This document shows, piece after piece, positions 38,322-47,743 of a stretch of 64,000 nucleotides of DNA. The DNA comes from an uncultured virus (IMG/VR IMGVR_UViG_3300042367_000583) (lineage: Duplodnaviria > Heunggongvirae > Uroviricota > Caudoviricetes). The stretch is from positions 1 through 64,000 of IMG/VR virus record IMGVR_UViG_3300042367_000583, one strand, 5' to 3'. Within the stretch, counting starts at the first letter, position 1, and the number at the start of each line of letters is the position of its first letter. The notes below the pieces were generated by a model that saw nothing but the letters and a program-made list of their open reading frames with translations, ran no database searches and was not told the DNA's origin. The position numbers were made by a program, and so were the translations under genes.

Positions 38322-38989
38322 AATCTTATTGGGCGATACTTTTTAAATATCATTAACAAATCATCAGGAATTGTACCAAGTTGACCAGTCCCATAATTGA
38401 TTTTTACCTCTTCAAAAGGTAATTCAACTGACGAAACACCCTTAAAAGAACCCGTATTGCATACCCAATCTAAAACACGACCAAAAGCCGCTTTTATCTC
38501 TCTTGTTTGTCGGGTATCTTGAGAGAAATCGATGCCACTGGAATACTCCACGTCAGCCTCGGAAAACTCTGGATATGGTTCCCGACTGTAGCCATGATAG
38601 CCGCCATATCCCCACGATCTACCAATTGCTGTAGATAGGTGAATTTGCCCGTCTATATCGATTATATAATCGTTAGAACCTAAAGTCCGCCAACTGTCAG
38701 GAGCGATAGCTCGATTAAATCCATCGGTAACATTGCCTAATCTAGCTTTAATTATCGGAGCAGGATTGCTGATAATTGGAGTATTTATACTGACATAAGT
38801 TAATCTAAAATTTTGGAATTTTAGATTAACTCTTAGCCTTTCCCGGTGACGGGTAATCTCTAAAGGTCGATCTGCCCCTCTATCGCCTTCAATGATTGAT
38901 TGAACAAAGTAAATCGCACCAGTGACGGCATCTTCTAATAAAGATACTGATGGTGCGAAAATAGAGAGGTCATCAATGCTAAAAATCAT
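38318..38989 (-). CDS. Head-tail connector / adaptor
   Basis: Downstream of the capsid gene; V.Y.SG and IP......KY motifs. Confidence 0.65.
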   Translation of the reverse strand: MIFSIDDLSIFAPSVSLLEDAVTGAIYFVQSIIEGDRGADRPLEITRHRERLRVNLKFQNFRLTYVSINTPIISNPAPIIKARLGNVTDGFNRAIAPDSWRTLGSNDYIIDIDGQIHLSTAIGRSWGYGGYHGYSREPYPEFSEADVEYSSGIDFSQDTRQTREIKAAFGRVLDWVCNTGSFKGVSSVELPFEEVKINYGTGQLGTIPDDLLMIFKKYRPIRL

Positions 38990-39216
38990 TAGGAAATTTT
39001 ACTCAACAAAGGACAACTGGTGTCTTTAACTGGACAAAATGGACGATGATCGAGATCAGTTCTAAGTTGACCCTTACACCGATTGCAGACTGGATAACCC
39101 AATGCTTTCAGATTGTTATAAGTGACCTCATTGGTTCCATTTGTCGGGGGAAGATTTTTAGTTCCACTTGTTGCGATAGATGGAGTTTCTTCGATGGTGG
39201 TTTCTTTGCTTGCCAT
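38989..39216 (-). CDS. Small Cys-rich protein
   Basis: CNRC...CP.....CP. Confidence 0.6.
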   Translation of the reverse strand: MASKETTIEETPSIATSGTKNLPPTNGTNEVTYNNLKALGYPVCNRCKGQLRTDLDHRPFCPVKDTSCPLLSKIS

Positions 39217-39236
39217 AATTGTTAGAAAGATAGGGT

Positions 39237-41114
39237 TTATACAGCTACATCTAGGGTGCGTAATTCAGCTACTCGTAACTGCTGAGAAGCTTCCCCAGTA
39301 CCTACGGGATCAACGTCAAGAGTTTTGTAGCCGAGCCACGCTAACCAAGTTGCGCGAATCCGACGATCAAATTGAGTGACATTATCAAAAGTGATTTGAA
39401 ACGGCATCCCTACACCAACACCTAACGCACCCGCTCCAATTAAATAACCAGTACGGGTAGTTTTAGCACCTAAAGAACCGCCCAATGTTTCACTTTGAAC
39501 ACCGGGTTGACCAGCCGCTCCGACACCGACACTATTGCCAGTTTCAAAAATATGGAATTTTTCTACCAACCCTAAATACGAGCTAACCCTTCCAGTATCC
39601 CCAGGGGGAATATAAGACGGATTGAGAATATTTAGTAAAGCGTCAAGATCGCGAGTCGTATTTGCTTGCCAATCGTCATCATAACTCTCTTTTAATTGCA
39701 GAATTTGAGTCGAATTTAGGAATAGCAAATACGTCTGGTCAGGGTACATCTGGAACCTGTTATCGTGGGCGTATTGATATAATCGCCGCAAGAATCCTTT
39801 GGTAAAAGTTCCATCATCTCCTGTTGCCGATAGTCCAGTAGGAGAAGTAACAAGACTGCCTTTTTTGTTATACAAATGCAGTGACGTGGCATCAAGCATC
39901 GTTTTGATCATGGTATTATCAAAACTTGCATAGTCGTAATACAGCGTATTCTGCATCCAATCAATCATTCCCATCGCACTAAAATATTCAGTGAAAGTTG
40001 GGATAGAAACAGGTCGGATTGCAGTAGAAGCACCTACTTTACCGCGCCCATATTCAAAGATTTCTGCCGATACGCTAGACGCACTATTATTATCTGATTC
40101 AGAAGTCAGATCAGCATACTCACCCTTTCCTGATAGTTGATAATCGCTTACCGACGGGGAACTTGTTAGGTAATTTAATCGAGGAATTCGGATAACAGTT
40201 CCATTACGAGCCGTAAAGTCTAAGGCATAATTAGGAATCTGCCAAAAGGCAAACCCAGGGATTTGAGTTTGACGGAGAATTGCTGACAAAGTGTCAAGAA
40301 AAAACGGGGGAAGATCAGCCGCAGTCGTTGGGCTATTTTTTGAAACTTGACCGCCCATTACAGGAGCCGAACGAGTCCCTCTGAACCAGCCTTGTTTGCG
40401 ACCCCAATCATCTAAAGAGTTGACAATCTGTTGCCGGTTATTTTTAACATGGCGATCTAATCGTACTTTATCGTACAGGTTTACTGTCTGATTACCGCCC
40501 ATTACAGGAGCCGAATAGATTACACCAGAATTTTTCTGAATGTCTTCAATCAAATCAAAGGTTTCGTCAAGCGCACCTGTAATCTTATCAGCATCATGAG
40601 CGACGGTTTTATTGAAATTAGACAACTGCATTTTTTCTGGTGTTTGGCTACCGTAAAGCTTTCCTAAGTCAGCAAAATTATTAATCGTTTTTTCCGACTC
40701 AGTGACTTTAGTTTCTAGTTGAGCGATTTTTTCATTAGATTTTTGGATAGCTTCCGTGGCAGAATTGAGAGAAGCTTCTAGGGTGGCTTTTGTAGCTTCA
40801 AACTGATGCTTTTGGGTCTCTAATGCAGATTGTTTTTCCGATTCCATTGCTTGCCTTACCGAAGCTACGGTTTCTGCTACGGTGTTTTGTACAATCTCTT
40901 GAATCATTTTGGGATCAAAGACTGGGACGGGAGTGGGATCAGGGTCAGAATTTTTAACTGGTACACCACCCTCAGAAGACTTTAAATCACCTCGAAAAGT
41001 GGCTTTTTGAGTCAGGGTGTAGATTTCTTCTTGAGAAGGAGTATCACTTCCTTCTGCTGAATCTTTAACAACTACGGGAGTAACCCGCTTAATTTCTTTT
41101 AGGGTACTTTTCAT
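39237..41114 (-). CDS. Major capsid protein with N-terminal scaffold/coiled-coil domain
   Basis: Coiled-coil N-terminus; G.VIRIP, EYG and C-terminal W....G...L pattern; position in head module. Confidence 0.75.
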   Translation of the reverse strand: MKSTLKEIKRVTPVVVKDSAEGSDTPSQEEIYTLTQKATFRGDLKSSEGGVPVKNSDPDPTPVPVFDPKMIQEIVQNTVAETVASVRQAMESEKQSALETQKHQFEATKATLEASLNSATEAIQKSNEKIAQLETKVTESEKTINNFADLGKLYGSQTPEKMQLSNFNKTVAHDADKITGALDETFDLIEDIQKNSGVIYSAPVMGGNQTVNLYDKVRLDRHVKNNRQQIVNSLDDWGRKQGWFRGTRSAPVMGGQVSKNSPTTAADLPPFFLDTLSAILRQTQIPGFAFWQIPNYALDFTARNGTVIRIPRLNYLTSSPSVSDYQLSGKGEYADLTSESDNNSASSVSAEIFEYGRGKVGASTAIRPVSIPTFTEYFSAMGMIDWMQNTLYYDYASFDNTMIKTMLDATSLHLYNKKGSLVTSPTGLSATGDDGTFTKGFLRRLYQYAHDNRFQMYPDQTYLLFLNSTQILQLKESYDDDWQANTTRDLDALLNILNPSYIPPGDTGRVSSYLGLVEKFHIFETGNSVGVGAAGQPGVQSETLGGSLGAKTTRTGYLIGAGALGVGVGMPFQITFDNVTQFDRRIRATWLAWLGYKTLDVDPVGTGEASQQLRVAELRTLDVAV

Positions 41115-41169
41115 TACTGATTACTGATCACTAACTATTAGATATAATTGTACTACAGAACTTTCTGTT

Positions 41170-41889
41170 TTAGGTAAAAACAAAAGTATTGAGACGGGAA
41201 TCTATTAATCTTGCTTGGCAACAACTGCCACTGGCAACAAAACTGCATTCGACGGAGTCCATCTTTCCAGATCGGCGATAGTAAGGGGTTAGCGTTTCTT
41301 CATCTACTAGCCCTGCCATATACGGGGGGTAGTGTGGACATTTAGGATCACTGTAGGGAATATCACAGATAGGACAAATCGACTCGCCATAAAAAATTCC
41401 CCCCATTGAAACATCGGCTTTTCTGCCATAGGAAATTTCTGAAATAATCGGGTGAGTCGCTTCTACAAAACCGAAAACCAAGACCTGATGATAGCCGTTT
41501 TTTTGGATTATTCGATAATCTTCGCCTGGATTAGGAGATTTTTCGAGGATTCGTGCTATCCCTTCCTTGCTTACACGAGGCAAGGAATAAATAAAAGAAT
41601 CATAGATCATCCCAAAAGTTTTGGTCTGATCTTTCCATTCATGATCGATCATCAAAGCGCATCCAGGGTAACTAGCTACCATGGTTTCTAAGACATTTTC
41701 ATCCCATACCAGGCCGGAACTGTGGATTAAATTATTTGAGGCAATTAAAGCAAATCGCATCAGTTCCGATGGTTCCCACGGATCGAGTCCGTAGGGTTTG
41801 AATTGATTGATTAACGACATCTCCTCGTCGGTAGGATGACGGATCTGTAGCAATATCTCTAATTCAGCGCGGGTTAGTTTTAGTTCCAT
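41170..41889 (-). CDS. Putative prohead protease
   Basis: IDH.W, DVSMG, CPIC...CPH, ECSFV pattern; precedes the capsid gene. Confidence 0.7.
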   Translation of the reverse strand: MELKLTRAELEILLQIRHPTDEEMSLINQFKPYGLDPWEPSELMRFALIASNNLIHSSGLVWDENVLETMVASYPGCALMIDHEWKDQTKTFGMIYDSFIYSLPRVSKEGIARILEKSPNPGEDYRIIQKNGYHQVLVFGFVEATHPIISEISYGRKADVSMGGIFYGESICPICDIPYSDPKCPHYPPYMAGLVDEETLTPYYRRSGKMDSVECSFVASGSCCQARLIDSRLNTFVFT

Positions 41890-41930
41890 GTCAATAAAAA
41901 ATACTTATATAAATAATTCTATCTAAAGGC

Positions 41931-42075
41931 TTGACGTTTGTGGTTGGTTGATCTATATTAATAGTGTCGTCTCCAACCGAAACCTATAAATATAAAATTT
42001 CAATACAAAATATTTGTCTCCATAGAAAGTGTATAGCTGAGGAAACAACGCAGGGCATCAATCCTGCGTTTTTTA
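41931..42075 (+). ncRNA. Candidate ~105-nt small RNA with its own promoter and terminator
   Basis: TTGACG-17-TATATT at 41931-41959; terminator aacgcagg-gcatcaat-cctgcgtt plus T run at 42047-42074. Confidence 0.5.
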
Positions 42076-42717
42076 TTTCGTCCAGCCAAAGTTTAACGAA
42101 AGCATATTCTGGGTAGGTCGTGTCCTAGAGTTAGAAAAAATAAAGTAACAACCGCAATTGGCCCGACAAGTACATCTTTCAGTCGGTCGGGGGAGTGTTC
42201 CAATAGGCTGCCAACTGGCACTCTCATAAAAAAGGCACTCTTGGCAAGATTCTCTTTTGGTAATTATTCTCTTTTCCCACTTGTTGACTAGAGCGTGTCC
42301 TCTCCTGTTTCCCTCCTCAAAAGCTTCCCTAGACTTGGCAACGTACTGTCTAGAGCGATTGATTATTTGAGCCTCTGATTGAGTACCAAGAATAATATCA
42401 CGGGAAAACTTTCTTAGCCGTGCGTATTGACTGCGAAGCATCTGACCGATTCTACCGTAGTCAGAAGCGTTCATGTCGGGCTTACCAATTCGATAAAGTT
42501 GAATAGTTAAATCTTTAATTTCAAAAGAAATCTTCTCTTCCCACTCACTGACAGTAATCTTTTTCTGCAAAAGGTCACGGGTAAGTTTATCTGTTTTTTG
42601 AGTACGGGCATTAATAGTTTGTTGGGAGATTTGTCTAACTTTTTCAGTAGAGACAAATCTCCCCGTTCTATTGTCTCGATAGCGTCGAGTACCAGGGTTA
42701 AAAGAAAAATCACTCAT
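42073..42717 (-). CDS. Minor head protein (MuF-like)
   Basis: GRFVS, ESCQEC and C..NCGC motifs. Confidence 0.7.
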   Translation of the reverse strand: MSDFSFNPGTRRYRDNRTGRFVSTEKVRQISQQTINARTQKTDKLTRDLLQKKITVSEWEEKISFEIKDLTIQLYRIGKPDMNASDYGRIGQMLRSQYARLRKFSRDIILGTQSEAQIINRSRQYVAKSREAFEEGNRRGHALVNKWEKRIITKRESCQECLFYESASWQPIGTLPRPTERCTCRANCGCYFIFSNSRTRPTQNMLSLNFGWTK

Positions 42718-42881
42718 AACTTATTTCAGGTTCTAATAGGTTTTTAAATTCATCATCCGGAGGTTTCTTTTTCCAATCATCGATAGCTTTTTGAATGTCA
42801 TCGGCTGTTACTTCGGCTCTCTCTAGCAACTGACTAATTGGCTGTAAGTTTTTATCTTCTGGGTTAAATTTATCTGTCATG

Positions 42882-43256
42882 CTATTTGTACAGTAGTATT
42901 TTTCTGGTTTTAGCTTCTTTGATTAGCCGATCACAAACATTACGCGAAGTATGACCATCCCATTCAGGGGCTTTAGGAACCCACACGGAATTAGGAATTA
43001 AATCTGCAAATTTTATCGGTAAATGATAGGTAATTATTCCGCTATTTAATTTACATCCCGCAATAAACCATCCTTCCCAAACAGTCTCGTCGTCGTGACA
43101 GTAAGAGGCAAACGAAAAAGCTGGCAGTAATCCGATTAGCTGAATAAATAAAAGACATCGATGGTCATAAAGTTCCTCAAAAGTGTGGTATCCATCTGAG
43201 ACTTTGCTAGAGTCGCAAGGTATAAAGTTATCGTTGACTGTAATCCCTTCTGTCAT
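42882..43256 (-). CDS. Conserved phage protein (SDGYHTF / WDGH family)
   Basis: SDGYHTFEELY.HR, ITYH, WDGHT. Confidence 0.8.
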   Translation of the reverse strand: MTEGITVNDNFIPCDSSKVSDGYHTFEELYDHRCLLFIQLIGLLPAFSFASYCHDDETVWEGWFIAGCKLNSGIITYHLPIKFADLIPNSVWVPKAPEWDGHTSRNVCDRLIKEAKTRKILLYK

Positions 43257-43257
43257 A

Positions 43258-43482
43258 TTATTTGTCTCCTAGTCCGTCATAAACTAATTCTTGGGTTTTT
43301 TCTGATTTATTGAGTTTAGCTTTTAGGTTACGGTTTTTAATTTCTAACATTTTTACCTTTAATTTTAATGTTTCATAATCAAACATCAGGTTATCGTATG
43401 AGTCGGTTAATTCGGCGTATTCGGCTCTCAAGTCTTCGATACTCAAATCTTCGATAATAGCGTCAAAGTTATTGTTATTCAT
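43258..43482 (-). CDS. Small coiled-coil protein
   Basis: ORF with heptad pattern. Confidence 0.55.
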   Translation of the reverse strand: MNNNNFDAIIEDLSIEDLRAEYAELTDSYDNLMFDYETLKLKVKMLEIKNRNLKAKLNKSEKTQELVYDGLGDK

Positions 43483-43743
43483 GAATTTTCTCTTTAAATT
43501 AAATAATAACTCTTGACTGACAAGAGTTATTTCTTGTCAGTTTCCTAATCCACTTACGCTTCTGTTTCTGCTTTGTTAAGTTCGCCGATCTGAGCTTTTA
43601 GCTTAGACACCTCATCTTTTAAAGCTTCAATAACCTCCAGTTCGGTCATATTGGCGACTAGAACATTATTATTAGAATCGGAAACAACATAGGCTTTTAG
43701 ATTTGTCACAATTACCTCTTGGCTTTACTGTATTTTATCAAAT

Positions 43744-44668
43744 TTAAAACAGTTTTAACTGTAATGGAGAATTATCTATTATTTCCTCTATCGGTTCATC
43801 TGGAATAGGTTCTATAGGTTGGTCTAGTCTGTTACAAGCTATTTGATAATATTCTAACTCTTTCTCGATACAGATATAATTTCTACCTAATTCCTTACAG
43901 GCTAATGCAGTAGTGCCAGAACCACAAAAAGGGTCTAAGACTGTCCCACCTTCAGGGGTCAGCATTTCTACTAATCGCTTCATGATTTCTAGCGGCTTCT
44001 GTGGGGTGGTTGTAAATACCTTTCCCAGCCCTTCCCGTCTGCCGATAAGGTGGCAAAAAAGACCATACATTTGTAAAATTAACATCTCTGATTGCATACT
44101 CAAGGCGACTCATTTCAGGCTTTTTAAATTTTCTTGTTTTGTTAAATCTTGCTTTTTGAGTGTCTGCAAAATGACAGTCCTCCTTCCCAAAAGACCCTGT
44201 TTTGATTTTAGCTATTAATGCTGAAAAGTACCTTGAAAAAGATTCAATTGAATGGGTATCAAACATTATTCCTGGTATTTTTACATCTGTATAACAACCT
44301 TGTGTAATATAAAATTTATTTGTTTTTTTTGTTTTATATATAACTATTGATTCATGTGCTTTGTTTAAATTTTGTGGATGGGTAGCACAGCAATTCCTCT
44401 TCACCCATGAGATATGTTCACAATAATGCAACTTTTCATTATTAGCTGAATTAATCCAATTAACCATAGTGGGCATTTGTCCAAAAAACGCATAAAAGCC
44501 ATTGGTGACTCGTTTTACTTCTTTGGTAAAAAGTGGAATATCGACCACAGAATCCCATTCAGCTAATCCAATACCATAAGGCGGATCTGTGATTACAGCG
44601 TCAATAGAACCATCAGGAATAGTTTTTAAAACCTCAAAACAATCACCGTGAATAATTTGATTAATCAT
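43744..44668 (-). pseudogene. N6A/N4C DNA methyltransferase split by a frameshift near 44001
   Basis: TDPPY in the upstream frame, DPFCGSGTT in the downstream frame; the conserved HPTQKP is broken (CAC CCC ACA GAA GCC). Confidence 0.85.
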
Positions 44669-45935
44669 TTTGATTTATATTTAGTTTCTTAACAGGTTGT
44701 TTATTAGTTTCTTCATTGGTTAAATCAGAGTCAGTGTCTTCAACCTCTCCCCCTGATAGACCATCTATAGATTCACTCCATTCTGGCCACAATATCCGAT
44801 ATTTATTTCTAGCATTTTCAGTATAAAAATCTAATCCTTTTCTGAGAATGATTTCTGTATCAATTACCTGTTTGATAGCACCGCTAAGAAGCTGACACCA
44901 TCCGTATCGCATCCTAGAATACCGACGATCAGGCGACCGGGATAATTCTTTAGTTCCCCCTTTTGACTCTAATCCCGGGAAGAAATAGGTAGGGAACCCA
45001 GGGATAATTAGCTTGTACCGACATTGTAAAAGAGTGTCAATTAACCCTGTTAAATCAGAATTAAAATTAGCCATTTTGCGAATATCTTGACCGGGAAACT
45101 TGAGAACATGATCGGTTATGATACCACTTTTCCTACGGATTCCTAAGTCTCGTTCGTAACTCTCAGACTGTTCTCTAGATACTCCTGGCATGATATGAAG
45201 AGTCGGGGAAACTCCTAAGTCATTAGATGCCCTAATTAAATTATCAAAAGCCTGCTTAACATCAGCCCAAGCATCTAATGAAGCTAACCAAAGAGAGCGA
45301 CCGTAAAGGAAATCAGGTTCATGGCGAATATGGCAGATTTTATAAGGTTCAAAAAAATAATCAGGGTCAGACTCCGAAACGTATTTTCTTTGCTCAAATC
45401 CTATTAATTCCCCTTGATCTGTTTCTTTTCTAAACATCTCAAAGGTAGGTAGGTAAAGAGTCTTTGTTACACCAAAATCTTTAGACTTGTTAGCAGATAA
45501 ACCCTCTCTTTCAATACCTAACTCTAGAAAGCATTCTCCCTTTCCTAATGCCCATCTTAGGGCTTTCTTTAGTCTATCTCCACCAATGACATAGGTTGAA
45601 AAATTCTGTTTCCTTAACCTAATATCCTCAGCAATAGCAAACACTTCTGGGTTAATAGGAGTTTCTTCATCATCAAGGGTTTTGGCTATTATCCAACCCT
45701 GATCATCTCCATCGTCGGATGCAAAGGCATCAGAAGCGGCCATATCTAAGGCATGAATGACCTCATAACACCATTGATTAAGTTCAATCAATTCTCTCGA
45801 TATACGCGGATCACGGATAGGATTTTCCGTAATCTCTAGATCATACCGACGCGATACCGACACGATCCCCGGTGAGGTAAGGGAACGCTGAGAACCTCTT
45901 AATGTTTGATCATCCTTTTTCTTCTTTTTTGCCAT
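44661..45935 (-). CDS. Portal protein
   Basis: GECFLE, ICHIRH...YGRSL; size and position. Confidence 0.8.
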   Translation of the reverse strand: MAKKKKKDDQTLRGSQRSLTSPGIVSVSRRYDLEITENPIRDPRISRELIELNQWCYEVIHALDMAASDAFASDDGDDQGWIIAKTLDDEETPINPEVFAIAEDIRLRKQNFSTYVIGGDRLKKALRWALGKGECFLELGIEREGLSANKSKDFGVTKTLYLPTFEMFRKETDQGELIGFEQRKYVSESDPDYFFEPYKICHIRHEPDFLYGRSLWLASLDAWADVKQAFDNLIRASNDLGVSPTLHIMPGVSREQSESYERDLGIRRKSGIITDHVLKFPGQDIRKMANFNSDLTGLIDTLLQCRYKLIIPGFPTYFFPGLESKGGTKELSRSPDRRYSRMRYGWCQLLSGAIKQVIDTEIILRKGLDFYTENARNKYRILWPEWSESIDGLSGGEVEDTDSDLTNEETNKQPVKKLNINQND

Positions 45936-46026
45936 TGGAACTGCCGTGTACTACTTCTATGATATAAGAAAAAAAGACCATTTTGTTGATGGTCTTTTTT
46001 TAATCACCCAAGGAGAAATCTAAATA

Positions 46027-46293
46027 TTAAAAAAATCTATCGAACGTCCCGTCGCTCCGCAAAACTTTTCTTTCGTCAATATCGTAACTGGAAAAAAATA
46101 AATCGGTAACTATTGCTTGCATTAAGACCTTAGCTGCTTTATTGGATATTGTAATTCCCACTTTTGAAGTCGCATCCACTACATAATTATCCCCTACAGG
46201 ACAGTGAGTGACTGTAACAATTTCGTAACAGTTAATAAATTCACTATAACCTTCTACTGTCTCTAAAATTAACGGACGAAATTCTTTTTTCAT
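46027..46293 (-). CDS. Hypothetical protein
   Basis: GAGG RBS; own TTGACA promoter near 46345. Confidence 0.55.
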   Translation of the reverse strand: MKKEFRPLILETVEGYSEFINCYEIVTVTHCPVGDNYVVDATSKVGITISNKAAKVLMQAIVTDLFFSSYDIDERKVLRSDGTFDRFF

Positions 46294-46348
46294 GACAACC
46301 TCTGGCTTTAACTAAATATTACAGGTTACTTTTTGAATTGTCAAGATT

Positions 46349-47107
46349 CTAGATAAATCTTAAAGCCCTCTCATAATATCGTTTTCTTTCAGCTAGTCCA
46401 TTTGTACCACCGTTGACGCGACGGGTAATTTGTTCTACTGTTGCCCCACGGTCACACAGTTCGTTCATTTTGTTATTCATCCACCAAAATCCAGATGGTA
46501 AAAATAAATATCTTTCTCTAACATATCGCCACCCTTCCATAATACGCTGATCGCCTATATAGTTAGCAAATGCCTGATAATTGGCTCTGCCAGTCATCTG
46601 AAGGGCATCTACACCTCTGAACTTTTTGCCGTCACCAGGTCTGGTATTCCCTAAGTCTTTTCGTCCTTCATAATTTGAGCCGTCGTGGATTTCTATCATG
46701 TACCGTAATCCTGCCGATTCATGGGCTATTTGACTTAAAAAATGACGGACTCTTAGTAACGTAACAATGTCAAATCTTTTAAGACATTCATCTAATTTTT
46801 TAAACTGGAAATCAGTAATTTTATCGTTAAACCTATCAAACACGCCCTCAACTTGATCCTTGCGGACTACGATAGGATTAGGGTCGTCAAAGTGACTAAC
46901 AAAAGCATACCAATTAAATCTACCTTCAATTGGAGGTTTTATTTCTAGTAAATGATGGTTTTTTTCTGTTTTAATAATTTTATTATAAATCACTTTTTGT
47001 CCAGCTTTAATTGGAACTGATCTAAAATCTTGGGGAAGACTTTCAGAACTAGAGTCAATTAAGTGAGACTTTAAGATAGTGTTGTGATTTGCTGTTAGGG
47101 ATTTCAT
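46349..47107 (-). CDS. Endolysin, glycoside hydrolase family 19
   Basis: FLSQIAHES, YEGR.DLGN..PGDG, QMTGRANY, TRRVNGG.NGL..R. Confidence 0.92.
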   Translation of the reverse strand: MKSLTANHNTILKSHLIDSSSESLPQDFRSVPIKAGQKVIYNKIIKTEKNHHLLEIKPPIEGRFNWYAFVSHFDDPNPIVVRKDQVEGVFDRFNDKITDFQFKKLDECLKRFDIVTLLRVRHFLSQIAHESAGLRYMIEIHDGSNYEGRKDLGNTRPGDGKKFRGVDALQMTGRANYQAFANYIGDQRIMEGWRYVRERYLFLPSGFWWMNNKMNELCDRGATVEQITRRVNGGTNGLAERKRYYERALRFI

Positions 47108-47138
47108 GGTAGTTTAGTTAGTAAAGTTGACAATTCTG

Positions 47139-47543
47139 TTAAGATTTATGTTCAAGTATTCCAATTCGTTTATCAAATTCTTCCTGTTTCTTGCGAATTG
47201 TTTCTATTTGATCAGAAATAGATGAGAAAGTTTCTTGTTTGGCTTTAATTAGGCTCATCTCTTTGTCGAGTTGAGATGTTAATATGGTCAGTTTTTCTAT
47301 TCCTGTTGATAGTTTTTCGACCATTTTCTCTAGTTTCTGTTCAAGAGATTCCATCTTCCTTGATGTTTTCTCAAAGGTTTCGTGATCAAGTTCTTTAGCC
47401 TGTGATCTGGTATTTTTTGAAAGCATACTGAGTAATGCTATTGCAATAGCCAAAACAGTGCCAATGTCATTAAAACTTATTTTTAGACCATAATTCCCAG
47501 CATAGGGGGGATGGCTTTGGTTAGCAAGAGAAATATAATACAT
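47139..47543 (-). CDS. Putative holin-like TM + coiled-coil protein
   Basis: One TM helix; directly upstream of the endolysin. Confidence 0.45.
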   Translation of the reverse strand: MYYISLANQSHPPYAGNYGLKISFNDIGTVLAIAIALLSMLSKNTRSQAKELDHETFEKTSRKMESLEQKLEKMVEKLSTGIEKLTILTSQLDKEMSLIKAKQETFSSISDQIETIRKKQEEFDKRIGILEHKS

Positions 47544-47743
47544 AGTAAAAGGGGATGGCTTTGGTTAGCAAGAGCATAGTAAAAGGGGAACATAAAACCA
47601 TTCTAGTCTTTTTTCTTTACTGAATAAAATATTTAAAAAAACTTAATTTTGTCTTAAATGTGCAAGGTAAAAGTCGTTGCCTTTCATGAAGCTTCCAAAG
47701 CTGGGATGCCTCCAAAGTTTTGAAAGTTATCCCAGTGTCGTTG

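Noticed and set aside
47500..47595. Short tandem duplication at the holin-like gene start (similar one at 8363-8440)
   Set aside because: Local slippage duplications with no evident function
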